DNA of 63,943 bases, filler included, from Globobulimina sp. (GCA_003354225.1; 43 parts of 43 records of this genome joined end to end with filler, not necessarily neighbours in it); one strand, 5' to 3'. Positions 37,247 to 50,547 are shown, counted from the whole stretch's first letter. Notes: a model not told the origin generated them from the sequence alone. A program made the numbers and translations.

Positions 37247-38635
37247 ATATGTGTAATGTGAATGGTTGCTATGTAATGGATCGATATGAGCGGGAAAAGG
37301 AATATTATTCACGTGATAGTAATAAAAATAAGCAATTATTTTTTGCAGCAAACCAGGCAATGAAAGCAATGAATGATTCTGAGGCAATGAATAAATATAT
37401 TGCTTGCCAACAATGCTTAGACACTGCACATTGTTTTATATTCCATTCGTTGCGGATTAATATGAATGAATTAATGGATATAAATGAGGAGAATGACGAT
37501 ATTAATAATATGGATGAATTATGTCGTGATCGTATGGTCGAAAAACTAACTCATTTAATTAAGCAAAGAAGAGCAAATTCGATCAGATATCGGGAATCAA
37601 AGCGAAATAAAAGCGGATTTAGCAAATTTATCACAACAAATTCGTATAAAAAGCAACACGAAATTAATAAAAGTGATAACTCCGTAATGTGTTTCATCGA
37701 TGTATTATTTGATAATTTATTCCAACATTCACTAAATACTCATTCGTACAATTTATTTTGTGCTATGATACGGAATGAAGAATATGACAGCGATGCAATT
37801 GAAGCAGATATCGATTTGAGTCATAATAATAACAATAAAAAAGCATCAAATCTTTGCAAATATATTTATTTAAATATCCACAATAATAATGATCAAAAAT
37901 TGATTGATAAAATATGTAAAAATAATATGTTATTATATGTTAACAAAAATAATCAATACCAAGCGGGATATCGCTTTTTTTATTGGTCATTTTACAAAAA
38001 CAATCATGATGAAGTTAATGTTGTTTATGGTAGAGGCGTATTAGAGCAAAATGAGGGATATAAGTTATCGGATTGGTATGTTTGCAGTGCATATAATTCG
38101 TTTAAAGAGGAGATATTACAGAATAAGACAGCTGCATTTTGTGTGGATGAATGGAATGAAACGCAGTTTAAAGCCAAAAACAAATATAAAGCATGGAAAA
38201 AAGGGCCACAATGGAAATTAATTTGTCTATGGGGCAAAACCGATGAAAATGGAAAAGATGTATTTTATGCAGGCGATCAATGGTCGAAATTATATGGTAT
38301 TCGTAAAGGTGCTGCAATATCAATATCGCATTTAATGAGTTTATTATTTTATTGTAATTTTTCAAAGCAAAGTTATGAATTTTCAGCGTCATTTCGCAAG
38401 AAATATTGGAATGAAACGGATGAGAATCTCAAACAACGCCATTCGCAGTTTGCTCAGTGGGCAAAATTAGTGCGAGAAACTGTTGAATGTTTTGGTGTTT
38501 CTATGGGAAGATCGCCAGTTAAAATATATTACCATGGCATTGGCAAAGAAATGTTGTTTCAATCGACTAATTTCAAAATCTATGGTCCATTATCCGCCAC
38601 ATCTGGTTTGTATACATTTGTTGTCTCGTTTTTTT
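37247..38635 (+). CDS. Paralogue of the ART-like family at 22392, fragment
   Basis: Shared GYRFFYW..Y, HLMSLLFYCN, FSASFRK, WAKLVRETVECFG, YYHG motifs; intron begins about 38606. Confidence 0.65.
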
Positions 38636-38735
38636 NNNNNNNNNNNNNNNNNNNNNNNNNNNNNNNNNNNNNNNNNNNNTTAATTAATTAANNNNNNNNN
38701 NNNNNNNNNNNNNNNNNNNNNNNNNNNNNNNNNNN

Positions 38736-40124
38736 AATTTATTTAATTTGATATAAATAGCAATCATTGCATCAATTTCGCCATTTGAAATATAAATTGA
38801 TTCAGCTTTTTTAAAATGTTTACTCAAAATTGCTAATTTTGCATTAATTTCATTGCTATCTTGACTGAAAATTATATCATTCAAATATTGCGCTTTGGAA
38901 ATGTCAGCCAAGGCAATAAAACATCTTTGTGCTATTTTATAGTCATCATTTTTTAAGGAAATTTGTGAGATTTGCTTCCACATTGATTGTATTTCCGAAT
39001 TACAATTTGAAGAAATGTCTAATTTTTCACATAAACGTTGTAATTTAGTGACTGCAGTTTCATATTGTTTGTTATTATTATTATCATCCAACAAACAAGT
39101 CGCGAATGTGATTAATGACTCATTCAACGTATATTGAATAATATTGCCATTACTATTCACCAAAACTAATGTTTTATCATCGGATCGCTCGATATCTTCG
39201 ACATCACCGGCACCAATATCGACAATTGTAACTTGTGCTGTATTATGTATATTATACCAAACACATAAATTATTTCGGTTTTGTGCAACAATAACATTCG
39301 AGTCTGGAACCCATTGCGCATAGTTACAAAAATTCAATAAAGTTTTTTTTCTTTTCTTATCCGCATATAAGTCATATAAATGCAACGAGCGTTTTTTATC
39401 CATAAATAACAACTGATTTCCAAACTCATTCAATTCGATCCATTCTATTCTTATGTCATGATTTATTGTTACAACCTCCATATTTGCGTCTAAATCCATA
39501 ATACAAATTGATTGCAAATCTAATAAATACCCAATTATCTTCTTATTGTCATACAAGCGCAGTGATAGCAAATGTGGAGAATTGAATGCTGTTCGTAAAG
39601 ACCCAATGATCTCACTACAGCCTAATTCGACAATAAATAATTCTGAGGAATAGAAAATCATTGCAATGTTTGAATCGAAACTAAACTCTTCTTTTTTTAA
39701 TTCATTATTAGTGTTATTATTATTCCACGGGATTTCTGTTAATAATTTCTGGTTCGTAATGTCGCTTAAAATTAATGACTTCTCTGTTTTTCCGATAACA
39801 AAACGATTTTGCATGATTTCGATGTTTCTAATCTCTGAACCTAAATGCGATTTAATTGATATCTTGTCATCAGAAAAACGGTTGTGCACAACCACCGAGT
39901 TCAAAGCTGTATAAATAATTGAAAACCTATCACCATATTTATATCTCTTCAAACAGGCCTCATAAAAATCTACACTGCCAATCATTGATGAAATGCTCAG
40001 TTTGGACCCATCGCATTTCCACGCTATGCTGGTGATGCTGCCAATATTATCTATATTGTATTTATACTGTTTCTGCCATTCTTTATTTTTCCGGTTATAG
40101 GATAGTACAAAAAAGCAATCAAAT
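38736..40124 (-). CDS. IFT172: Intraflagellar transport protein 172, internal fragment
   Basis: GSVDFYEACLKR, YAQWVPDSNVIVAQNRNNLCVWYNI, IAQRCFIALADISKAQYL. Confidence 0.88.
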
Positions 40125-40224
40125 NNNNNNNNNNNNNNNNNNNNNNNNNNNNNNNNNNNNNNNNNNNNTTAATTAATTAANNNNNNNNNNNNNNNNNNNN
40201 NNNNNNNNNNNNNNNNNNNNNNNN

Positions 40225-40768
40225 TGGCAACTTTTCGAGTGCTAAACTAAATTTAGATTAAAAAAGTAATTTTCTGATTTTTGACATTTTTAGTCTACTT
40301 ATGTGCCTTATATCAAAGCTTTACGTCCATTTCGATTTTACCACGATAATCACCATGAAAAAGTACCCCTAGAGGCAAATTACTAGAAAGTTTCAACAAT
40401 GTTAAATTTTTGACCATTTTTGGGCTCCAAAATGACAAAAATTAAAAATGTGTATTTTTGCAAAGGGTTAAGCTAGAAGCGTGAAACTTTCAGGTGTTGT
40501 TAGACTAGCCCCTGGGTACTGTATCGGCAGAAATTTTGAAATTAGACGAAGTCGCGGAAGAGTTATGGTAATTACGATAAAACATGATGTTTTGGACATT
40601 TTCACACCAAACTCGACACCACGTTAGAATTGTGAACACCAAACTTTAACTGAAAGTTGGAAATATAATGGGTCATATTGCCACAAAAAATTATTTAAAT
40701 TTGTCGAGAAACAAAGAAGTTATAGCTATTTGAAAAAAGTGTAACACACAGTTTTGAACACCCCTGTA
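40225..40768 (-). mobile_element. Non-autonomous Tc1/mariner-type element end (TIR TACAGGGGTGTTCAAAA on the minus strand)
   Basis: TTTTGAACACCCCTG-TA at 40752-40768; non-coding contig; second TIR not present. Confidence 0.5.
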
Positions 40769-41816
40769 TTTCACTGTTATGACATTTATGACTTGAGGGA
40801 CCCTACCTAGCCCGTCGGAATACTAAATGTGATCCAGCCATACAAAAAGAAGACGTTCGGATAGTCCAAATCGATGAAAGAATGCCATTTTCAGACTGGT
40901 CACACTTTTGAGGACCTAATCATTTGAGGTGCCCACTTTAAAATCATTCAAAAATGCTGTAAATTTGAGCTACGAAAAAAATTTTAATACGATAATTCTC
41001 CAAATTAGAATCTTGGGCCCAGGAGTTTTATTATTGGTATTGTTTCTTTGGGTTATTGCAATGCTAACGCACATAATCTTAGGAGTCAGCTCGATGGTCT
41101 CAAGTGTTCGCCTACCTCCAAAGATGGTACCTAAAACAAGGTTTTTTTCAAAATTTTGCCATATATCTCAATGACCAGTATACCGATTTTACCTTCGAAA
41201 TATACCAAACGAAGCACAATTTCACGAGCTATCTAACGCAAAAAAGATCGCTTGGTTAGCTTAAAATGCGGCCGAGTTATAGCCGTTTTAATTTCGCGAA
41301 GTCCAAAAACGCGATTTTTTCGTCATGTTTTTAATAATATCTCAACAACGAAAAGTCGGATTTCGACCCGATTGGTCTTAAAAGAAGCACCATATAATTG
41401 TCTTCTAGCGTGTAAAAGGAGAATCTTCTAGCTTAAAACGCGGCACACTTATAGTTGTTTAAGTGAGTCAAGTCTGGGGTCTATGAGCGAAAAATGTTTT
41501 TTGGCACTGTGCCAAGACTACAAGGAATTCGACAAAATCCTTGTTTACGGTACCTATACTACACAATACCTTACTATTACAACCAATCTGGATCAATTAT
41601 GCCATACCCCATGNNNNNNNNNNNNNNNNNNNNNNNNNNNNNNNNNNNNNNNNNNNNTTAATTAATTAANNNNNNNNNNNNNNNNNNNNNNNNNNNNNNN
41701 NNNNNNNNNNNNNAAAAACAGTACTTATCGGAGAGCCCTATTTAGACACAACTTTACACGGATTTGGTATTTAGTATTTATGATTTAATAATCATACGAT
41801 TAAGAATTTCTGTGTA

Positions 41817-42605
41817 TTAAGTTATCAGTCGAGCTTTCCTGAACATTGGAATTATAAATTTCTCTAAAATTGTTATTTTGATATCAACATCTTGTGCGAG
41901 AGTAAGGCAGTCTGTAGCTTCAACCAATGTGATACCTATTCCTCTGGATCTCAGATACGTTATAGTTCTGTCGTCAGGCATCACATTCAATTGAACCATT
42001 CTTCTAAAATAATACATGAGCTGATTATGTATATGTTGTACAGCCGTACGACGATGGCTATACACCACTAACCAATGCATCATTTGATTAAACAGCATCG
42101 GTGAATCCAGCCGGACATTTTCTAAACCTTTTTTTAATGATTTCTTATCTGCCTGGTATTCAACAATCCAGTTTTCAAACAATTGCTGTGCCTTTGAATA
42201 GTCATCATATGACTTCGACTGTACATAAACACCGATTAATTTGACATAGCATAATTGATTTGGTTTAATCTTGCAATGCCGGTCAACAGTAATATAATTC
42301 CACACTGTTTCAGCCAATTCGACATTAGGTCCGCTCCATTTGCATGCATCCAAAACTGGGCCAATTAATAAGTGATCCTTTAATGTGATATTTTCTTTTA
42401 AAATATTATTCGTAAACGAATCAATTATTAAATCCCATTGACTTTGCTTTCTCCATACTTTGTAGTTTAACCATAATTGAGTTATAATGTAATTAATGTC
42501 CGAATCCGTGGCCGACTGCATTGGAGATCCGACGGATACTGCATATGAAGCATCGGAACCAAATATCATAAATAACATTACAATCACCAAAAGTGCGCAT
42601 TTCAT
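41817..42605 (-). CDS. PPR-like repeat protein
   Basis: 'KPNQLCYVKLIGVY', 'LFNQMM', 'MVQLNVMPDDRTITYL' resemble PPR helices. Confidence 0.55.
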   Translation of the reverse strand: MKCALLVIVMLFMIFGSDASYAVSVGSPMQSATDSDINYIITQLWLNYKVWRKQSQWDLIIDSFTNNILKENITLKDHLLIGPVLDACKWSGPNVELAETVWNYITVDRHCKIKPNQLCYVKLIGVYVQSKSYDDYSKAQQLFENWIVEYQADKKSLKKGLENVRLDSPMLFNQMMHWLVVYSHRRTAVQHIHNQLMYYFRRMVQLNVMPDDRTITYLRSRGIGITLVEATDCLTLAQDVDIKITILEKFIIPMFRKARLIT

Positions 42606-43202
42606 GTTTCTTATTTGTCAGTGGTTTGTAAGCGAATTTACAGCGAATTACAAATTCCAATTCGTGCGAATTTGCGGTAATTGTCGTCGCAATGAATTGT
42701 ATAATGCAGCTGCCAGTAAACAACAAGTCCGTTTTTAAAATGAGGTTTAAATTGATGCCAACCACTTGCTAGAATAAGATATTTCTGCTTAGATCAAAAA
42801 CAGCGAATATGTAGGATTGGCCTGACTTGATTGAAAATAATGTGTTGTTCATAAGTTGTTTGTTGTAAAGTTTTTTGGAGAAAATGGTTTTCAACATGTC
42901 ACCTTCCAGCCTTGCCTTGACGTTACATTTGTTTTTGCAGTTGACATTCCCCAATGAAATATGGTACCACAGTATGCAAACTAACAGTGGGTGGACCCAA
43001 ACCCCAGCAGCCGGATCGCATGGTGACAGCAGCGCAAACTGCTACAGTTCAGCTTGTGTTGTAATAATAGCTGCAGCAGAAATCCAATACGATGGAATAG
43101 ACNNNNNNNNNNNNNNNNNNNNNNNNNNNNNNNNNNNNNNNNNNNNTTAATTAATTAANNNNNNNNNNNNNNNNNNNNNNNNNNNNNNNNNNNNNNNNNN
43201 NN

Positions 43203-44271
43203 AACACTATCAACAAGCTACCAATGTCTTGTTGGTGATGATTGCGGTGATATACAAACTGTACTGACTGCGCAACCAACCAATGCTCCAACAACTGCTT
43301 CCCCAACAACAGCATCTCCAACATCTTCCGCAACCACATTTGCTCCAACTACCGCAACTCCAACAACGTTTCCGCCGACAACGATGCAACCAACCACAAA
43401 AACGCCAACAACAGCAATACCAACAACGTTATCGCCAACTACTATATCCCCAACAACAATATCACTGACAACTATATCTCCAACAACTGCAACTCCGACC
43501 GTATCAGAAACGGAGAGTATATCTCCGAGCATAGCAGAAACATCAATTATAGAGACAAGTATGTATATATTTATATTTATGCGCAAAGATTGATGATATT
43601 GAATGAGAATGATATTAAACATAGCAATGTATGCCAGCACATCTATAGATCCACACAACGACGGTGTACAGGTTGAGGCCAAGAATAATGTGACAATGTC
43701 TCTTTTGTTGGTGATTGCAATCATCGTGTTTGTCAATATCGTATTGGTAGTGGTTATTTTTGTGTGTTTGGTATATCGCAAACGAAACAACAAAACAGAC
43801 CTTGAGTCAACAAACGCGGAGGTTCATGTAAACACAATGGAAATGATCAAAGCCTGCGGAAAGAATGGAAACGAATTCGAAAATAAATCTAGTAACAGCA
43901 ATGTGGTGCGTTTGTCCAATGCGCAACGAGTGGTATCTGTGAGCAATGAGAGTGATAGCGATGGAATGTATGACACAAATGTAAAAAAAGGGAATAAAAT
44001 GGCTATGGATGATGTGACCACTGGTATGGGCATCGGAATGCCCCTCGGTATGGCTATGGGTGGTGGCGGTGGCAGTGGCATGGGTATGGGAGCTATGGGT
44101 GGTATGGCTATGACTGGTATTCGTGATATGAATACCACTAAGACACCAAATCAAATAATAGAGGAATCAATGGACCATTCTTCGTCCGATGATAGTACGT
44201 ATACTACAAAGACAAAGACAAAGAAAACAGTAGAAGGGAAAGGTGCTATTAACACACCATATCAATCGTAA
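43203..44271 (+). CDS. Mucin-like (PT-rich) single-pass membrane protein, 5' partial, intron about 43559-43623
   Basis: PTT repeats, then TM 'LLLVIAIIVFVNIVLVVVIFVCLVYRKR'. Confidence 0.7.
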
Positions 44272-44849
44272 CTGTTGCAATTGATTCAATAATTTAACCA
44301 GATCAGTACTGTTGTATATATATATATTTTTTCTGACTTTTTTCTGACTTTTTATTTTTATCTTCGAACCCATCCAGTTACAGAATATTCTCGTCCATCC
44401 TTTGTCTTCCTTTTCAATTTCAACCATCTTTTATACAGTGAAAAGCACTTACTTTGAAGTTCATGCAGCTTGGGGGTTGTTCTTATATTGCGCAATAACA
44501 ATTGGACCTAGGACCTAGGCCATCCTTAATTGCAATAGACTAGTTTAAAGGAGCTTAGTGGTCGCATGTCTAGGCATCCTTAATTGCAATANNNNNNNNN
44601 NNNNNNNNNNNNNNNNNNNNNNNNNNNNNNNNNNNTTAATTAATTAANNNNNNNNNNNNNNNNNNNNNNNNNNNNNNNNNNNNNNNNNNNNGATCTCGCC
44701 AAGTTCCAATACTACGCTTAACACATCCTATAAAAATATACATGTCCAAAATGTATACAACTTTTGTACTTACATTTGCATTTTTGATATGTACTGTTTC
44801 TGTGTACAAAATACAAATTTATTAATGTTGTTATTTCACACAGAATATA

Positions 44850-45803
44850 ATGAGTGTTATACCTGCAACCACCGCAGTATGTGACTCTGGAGCTCATTCT
44901 GCAAAATCAAAAACAACAAAAAGAAAACGAAAAAAAGCACGTTCGCGTCATCACAAAATTCAGTCAGAAAAGCAGCGTAAAAATAAAAGCAAACCTAAAA
45001 AAAAAGCCAAATTGAAGAAAATGTGTAGATCTCAGTCTCATGAAATTGAGGATAATGAATATAAAGTCTCTCGTCCTAAGCACAGATCGAAGCGATTAAA
45101 TCTGACCAGACAACGCTCGAAATCCACAATGGAAAATGTAGTGCGTTCATATGCCGCCAATCAAAATATTCCTCAGGTTCAGCTACACGCACTGTCTGCA
45201 ACAAGTACAATGCCAATGATTTCAGCCTCTAAATCAGCCCCAAATTCTCCGTATAATGGTCATATGGACGGAACTCACATCAGATACCAAAGTACTGCTA
45301 ATTATATCCCTTATAATAATAGTCAATATTTGGAGGTTATGGAGCTGTCTAATGCTGGTTTACAACAATCAAATACGCAAAGATGTGATGAGGTATACAA
45401 TCATACACAAGTGACAAATATGGTAATGGCAAATCGCAATAAATATTCGCAATACGGACATCATTATAATGATCACAGCGGAACTCATCCACATGGCAGT
45501 CATGCGAGTCATCCTGGTCAAGGGAGTCATGGCAGTCATGTACATTCGTTGGGATTTATTCAAACTGCACCTACAGGGAATTATAATCATGCCCCAGTGC
45601 CTAGCAGTCATTCTGCACCTTCATTATCGCCGTATAGTGCACAGTTCGCCAGTTATAATGAACATTATCAGAGAGAGGGCGATATGATGCAACAGCATGT
45701 ACAACGCGGTGGAATACATGGCCAAGTTAATAGTTCAGGGAATAAAATGTATGTTATGCAACCAATTGCAATTGGGCAACAAATCGTGTATCAACATAAA
45801 TAA
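44850..45803 (+). CDS. Low-complexity C-terminal exon (Lys/His/Ser-rich)
   Basis: Long ORF after a CACAG acceptor. Confidence 0.5.
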   Translation: MSVIPATTAVCDSGAHSAKSKTTKRKRKKARSRHHKIQSEKQRKNKSKPKKKAKLKKMCRSQSHEIEDNEYKVSRPKHRSKRLNLTRQRSKSTMENVVRSYAANQNIPQVQLHALSATSTMPMISASKSAPNSPYNGHMDGTHIRYQSTANYIPYNNSQYLEVMELSNAGLQQSNTQRCDEVYNHTQVTNMVMANRNKYSQYGHHYNDHSGTHPHGSHASHPGQGSHGSHVHSLGFIQTAPTGNYNHAPVPSSHSAPSLSPYSAQFASYNEHYQREGDMMQQHVQRGGIHGQVNSSGNKMYVMQPIAIGQQIVYQHK

Positions 45804-46326
45804 ATAATACTAGATTGTTAAAATAGATTAGTTTTAAAGTGTGTAGTTTGTAGTGATGATTATTGTACATATGTTTGACGGTAATCTCGATAGTATACTT
45901 TTGTTTTTTGCTCTTTTTGTTGAAACTAGGGGCAGTACTATGAAAAACCTAAATTACTCAAAAACTGTACATCAACACAAAAAGAGGTATTCGATCATTC
46001 CTTTATTTAATCTGCAAAACAGTGCATGCTTCGTTACCTCCAATCCCAGCAATTGTGAGATATTTTAAATCCGGCGTTAANNNNNNNNNNNNNNNNNNNN
46101 NNNNNNNNNNNNNNNNNNNNNNNNTTAATTAATTAANNNNNNNNNNNNNNNNNNNNNNNNNNNNNNNNNNNNNNNNNNNNTTCTGTTTTATTTTTTTTGT
46201 ATACAATAAACAGTTATTGCATAGCACAGTAAAACAAAAATAAAGTTACTTTTATAGGCGTTGTTGGGAATAAAATATAAAAAACGAGAGGAATCGCCGA
46301 ATTAATATCGGCAAATAATTTCTTGA

Positions 46327-47322
46327 TTAACAACTGGTATATCTCTGTGCGACATAATACCAATTTATATGATAGGCAATGAAAGCGTGATAAATCTGAA
46401 TCCATCGATCGATTGGCCTGGAATAATGGTGATAAAATGCGGTTGCTTTTAATTCTTTTTCTAATTCATGCGATTGAATAAATAAATTATTACACAAATC
46501 GACAGTATGATTCACGGTATCTTCCAATGGCGGCGGCTCTGCAAATTGTGATTGTTTCTCTTCATGTAACAACATAATAAAATTAAGGCCGGTATCTTCT
46601 TTAATGTCTTTATTAAAACCCAAGATATCATTCACTAAAACAGCATGTTTGCAGCATAACGCTTTCATCTTTTTAATGATTTCGTTTTCATTAATTCGCG
46701 ATGTAACTGATTCTGAAAGAAATTCTGGATATATCTGATACATCACACTCAATAACGACATCAGTCCGATATCAGATTGTCGAATTTGTAAATATTTATC
46801 AGAGTGTATCTCATTATTATTGTTTTTCAGAGCCACCATACTTTTGACGCCTTCTAAATACGATTTAACATCAATGAAAAATTGATTATTTACATCATCA
46901 TTATTTGGATTAAAAATATCTTTGTAAACATCAGCAAACATATCAACCGCAAAAAATTGCCCTTTTTCTGGATTTACGCCAGTTTTAATAATATGCAATA
47001 AAAGTTCTGTTTGAGATTCACAAAATTGATCATCATAAATGTCATCAAATTGGTCATCGAAATAAAAGAACCAGGTATAATATTTAATGACCGCCAATAG
47101 TTTCTCATCACACAATTCTGTAAAGACGTGTTCGTTGACGATATAACTGCTGTTTTTCGCGCATAAATCCGTATTCTTTGTGAACTGGCTCGACCACTTT
47201 GCGGTTAGCGCACCAAATAAATTATTTCTTCTTAAACTTTCATTTGTCACTAAATTCAGAGTTTTAGGAACCCAAAAGGCACTCTTCAACGGTTGTGCAA
47301 TTTTGTGGAATTTCAAAGTCAT
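46327..47322 (-). CDS. Microbial-type class I terpene synthase
   Basis: WFFYFDDQFDD (DDxxD), YLQIR..DIG, LVNDILGFNKD (NSE-like), WYYVAQRY terminus; complete 331 aa. Confidence 0.9.
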   Translation of the reverse strand: MTLKFHKIAQPLKSAFWVPKTLNLVTNESLRRNNLFGALTAKWSSQFTKNTDLCAKNSSYIVNEHVFTELCDEKLLAVIKYYTWFFYFDDQFDDIYDDQFCESQTELLLHIIKTGVNPEKGQFFAVDMFADVYKDIFNPNNDDVNNQFFIDVKSYLEGVKSMVALKNNNNEIHSDKYLQIRQSDIGLMSLLSVMYQIYPEFLSESVTSRINENEIIKKMKALCCKHAVLVNDILGFNKDIKEDTGLNFIMLLHEEKQSQFAEPPPLEDTVNHTVDLCNNLFIQSHELEKELKATAFYHHYSRPIDRWIQIYHAFIAYHINWYYVAQRYTSC

Positions 47323-47669
47323 ATCTGTCAGATATTATATGATTATAGAATTTGATGAAAATGTTAGAAGTAAAATTTTGTAATTGATGGTTAGAAGTAA
47401 ACTTTTTGAAGTGATCTGAGTTAAAAACGAAATCCTAAAATAAACTATGTGTTTGTAATTCATGCAAGCTTACACTTCAGCTGTTTTAATAAGAAAATAA
47501 TAGTACGTATACTTTTTTTATAATAATTTGCTTTTCGGTATTTTCACATCAAGCATATCTTCAGGGAATNNNNNNNNNNNNNNNNNNNNNNNNNNNNNNN
47601 NNNNNNNNNNNNNTTAATTAATTAANNNNNNNNNNNNNNNNNNNNNNNNNNNNNNNNNNNNNNNNNNNN

Positions 47670-49058
47670 AAAGACAGCAAATATATGATATATGGCTCCA
47701 TAAATATTTCATAGTCAATGACTTCACCGTTGAGAATGTGATTGATTTATCACAGACATTTATTAAACTGTTAAAATTAGACGACACTGTACCTATAGAC
47801 CCATTTATTTCTGTTTTGGGGGAGAAACAATTGAATGGAGAGGCATTAGTCAGTAAATCAAGAAAAGAATTTGGTGCTTTATTTAAAACAAAAATGAGTG
47901 GAGTAGCTCCCAGAGCCTTTTCTAGAGTGCATAACAAATTTGCAGTGTGGAAAAAGTGGAAACCAAAAAAAAGCAAAAAAGGAAAAAAAGACAGCAAAAC
48001 ACAACCTAAAATGATACACGAAGATAACAAATATGACGAGAAAGATGAAAATAAAAAAGAAGAAAAAAAAGAAAAAAAAGAACAAGATACACCGATACCA
48101 CATTGTAGACGCTATGAAAGACAGAATGATGACGATATACTACCAAAGTATATGTATAAAAGTGTTTAGTTTTAAATAACTCTGTCAGATAGAAACAATA
48201 TTTATAGATTTGCGAATATAAAATATATAAATACAGATATTCCATCAATCAGAAGATGAAACATTAGAAGTATTAATAGATACGGCAGTGTTAAAGGTGT
48301 TAGGTCGAAAGATTTGGAACAAAGAGTCGTTTGTCAAGCAAATATATAATGATGAAGAATATTATGAGGCAGTGGGTAAAGTGTATGAAGAAGTGGGAGG
48401 AAATCAATTTTTTGACGATTTTATTGAGAAATATGCCAAGCGAGAATTGGAAGTTTGGAGAATTAGAAGGGAAGATTCAGAGCCTATTAACGAACCAGAA
48501 CAAATATATAAGATGTTGCAATCAGTTGATTTCGACGATTTAGATGAAGATCAATCAAATCATATCGATAAAGAAGAGTTTTTGCAGTATTTTCGCGAGC
48601 AACATATGCGAATTAATGCGGATATATTAATGAAGGTTTTTGCCGAAATCGATGAGATTGACGAAAAAGATCAAAAAATCACCCGAAATGAATACAAAAT
48701 GTGGAAAAATGATATAAAGAAAAAAACATTTTTGATTAAGAATGACGAAAAAGTGGAATTAGATCAACAATTTGATGCTATTGTTTATTGGAATAATAAT
48801 GATAACATTTACGAAATACATGTACAGGGCGGGAAAAAACCCGTTTTTCTGGAAGAAATTATCCCAATTAACGGGAATAACCGCGATAACAATGATGTCT
48901 TTAAATGGGCTCAGTTTGTACCAAAAGCAAAATTAAAAAAACAATTTTTGAACCGGTGCAGGGGGAAAAAATTGGAAAGTTTAGGTTTGACCGTCAATGG
49001 AGAATGGCGAATAATTGATAAAAATGAGGAACAATTACAACATTTAAATTTAATATTT
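47670..49058 (+). CDS. EF-hand-containing hypothetical protein, multi-exon fragment
   Basis: DLDEDQSNHIDKEEF and DEKDQKITRNEY EF-hand pair; intron about 48148-48236. Confidence 0.6.
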
Positions 49059-49158
49059 NNNNNNNNNNNNNNNNNNNNNNNNNNNNNNNNNNNNNNNNNN
49101 NNTTAATTAATTAANNNNNNNNNNNNNNNNNNNNNNNNNNNNNNNNNNNNNNNNNNNN

Positions 49159-50547
49159 GTTGTTGATTCCAATACAAACGGTGAAGAACACGATACTTAT
49201 TACAAAACAACATTGAGTACATCAGATGTCAATTGTGCGAAGCTATTTTTTAATTGGTTTGACGATTTTTTGATTCATATTTATAAAGGTCGCATACGAA
49301 CCATGTATTATAATGGCATTGTCTGGGTACCAGATCCACATAACATTCATTTAAAAAGACGGATTAGTACCGATTTTATTGATAAGTTTGTTGATATGAC
49401 ATCGAAATCTTGTGAAAATAATGGTCAAGCATTTTCAGATTACGACTGCGAACAACTACGTGATAAATTCGAAAAACATTCTAAAATTGAATCTATTTCC
49501 AAAACTTTGCAATTATATTTGTTTGCTGATGTACAATTCGACGACACTCCTTATCCCGTATGTGTCTTTAAAAATGGTGCATACTATCCCAACACCGGGG
49601 AATTTAAATCAGCAACCGACCGCAAAGAATTTATAAGTAACCAACTGTATATTGATAATACTTTTCGCGGGAAACCTGATGCAGATATTGATCTTTTTGA
49701 GGAAAAGTTTATTAAACCAATATTACCAGACGATGAAATGCGCAGATTTTTTTTATTGTTTGCTTCGCAGGTATTGAGTAATGATAAAGATAAATATGTA
49801 ATGCTTATGCATGGTCCGAAAGGTTTGTATCTGTTACTAATAAACAAAATACCATAAACAAACTAAAACAAAAATAAAAGGTAATAATGGAAAAACACAA
49901 CTATTGAAACTAATTTGTAATTCGATCGGTATGTATGCTCATGGACTGTGCGATGATTATTTCACCGCCACAAAGTGTGACAGTTTCGCAGCTCACGAGA
50001 TGCACAGAAAGAGATTGTTATATGTCGAAGAGATGTCAGATAAGTCACCGTTGTTATCTAACCGAGTTAAGAATACGACAGGATGCCCTGACGCCAGTCA
50101 CCGAGCGATATTTTCAACCGAAACCAAAGTCGATCTTTTTGGTCAATTGTTTTTCATAACGAATGACAAACTGCGTTGGTCTGATTATAAACCCGCTACC
50201 ATCCAGCGCATTTTGTATATGATCTTTCCGACGCGGTTTGTGCCATTCGACGCAGATGAAACACAAAACGAAACATTACAGGAAAATGGTTTTGATTTGC
50301 TGACTTTCAAAAAAAATGCGCGTATGCACATGTTCTTGGTACTTGCAAAATATTACATGATACGACATCAATTCTTTTATGGCGCATTACCTATGAATAA
50401 TACAATCATCTGGTGGAAAAAATGGTACCTGTTTCAAGTAAACCCGTTTTTGGTATGGTTCGCACAAATATACATCGAAACCGTCAATAGTAACGACAAA
50501 ATTTCCATTGCCTCGATTGTTGAACAATATGAAATTCACATTTATGC
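49159..50547 (+). CDS. D5-like primase-helicase (SF3), intron 49823-49880, fragment
   Basis: D5_N-like VFKNGAY; spliced Walker A HGPKGNNGKT; Walker B LLYVEE; motif C FFITND; RILYMIFPTRF. Confidence 0.85.

Noticed and set aside
43218-43793. Minus-strand VVG-repeat ORF
   Set aside because: Antisense shadow of the Pro/Thr mucin-like repeat
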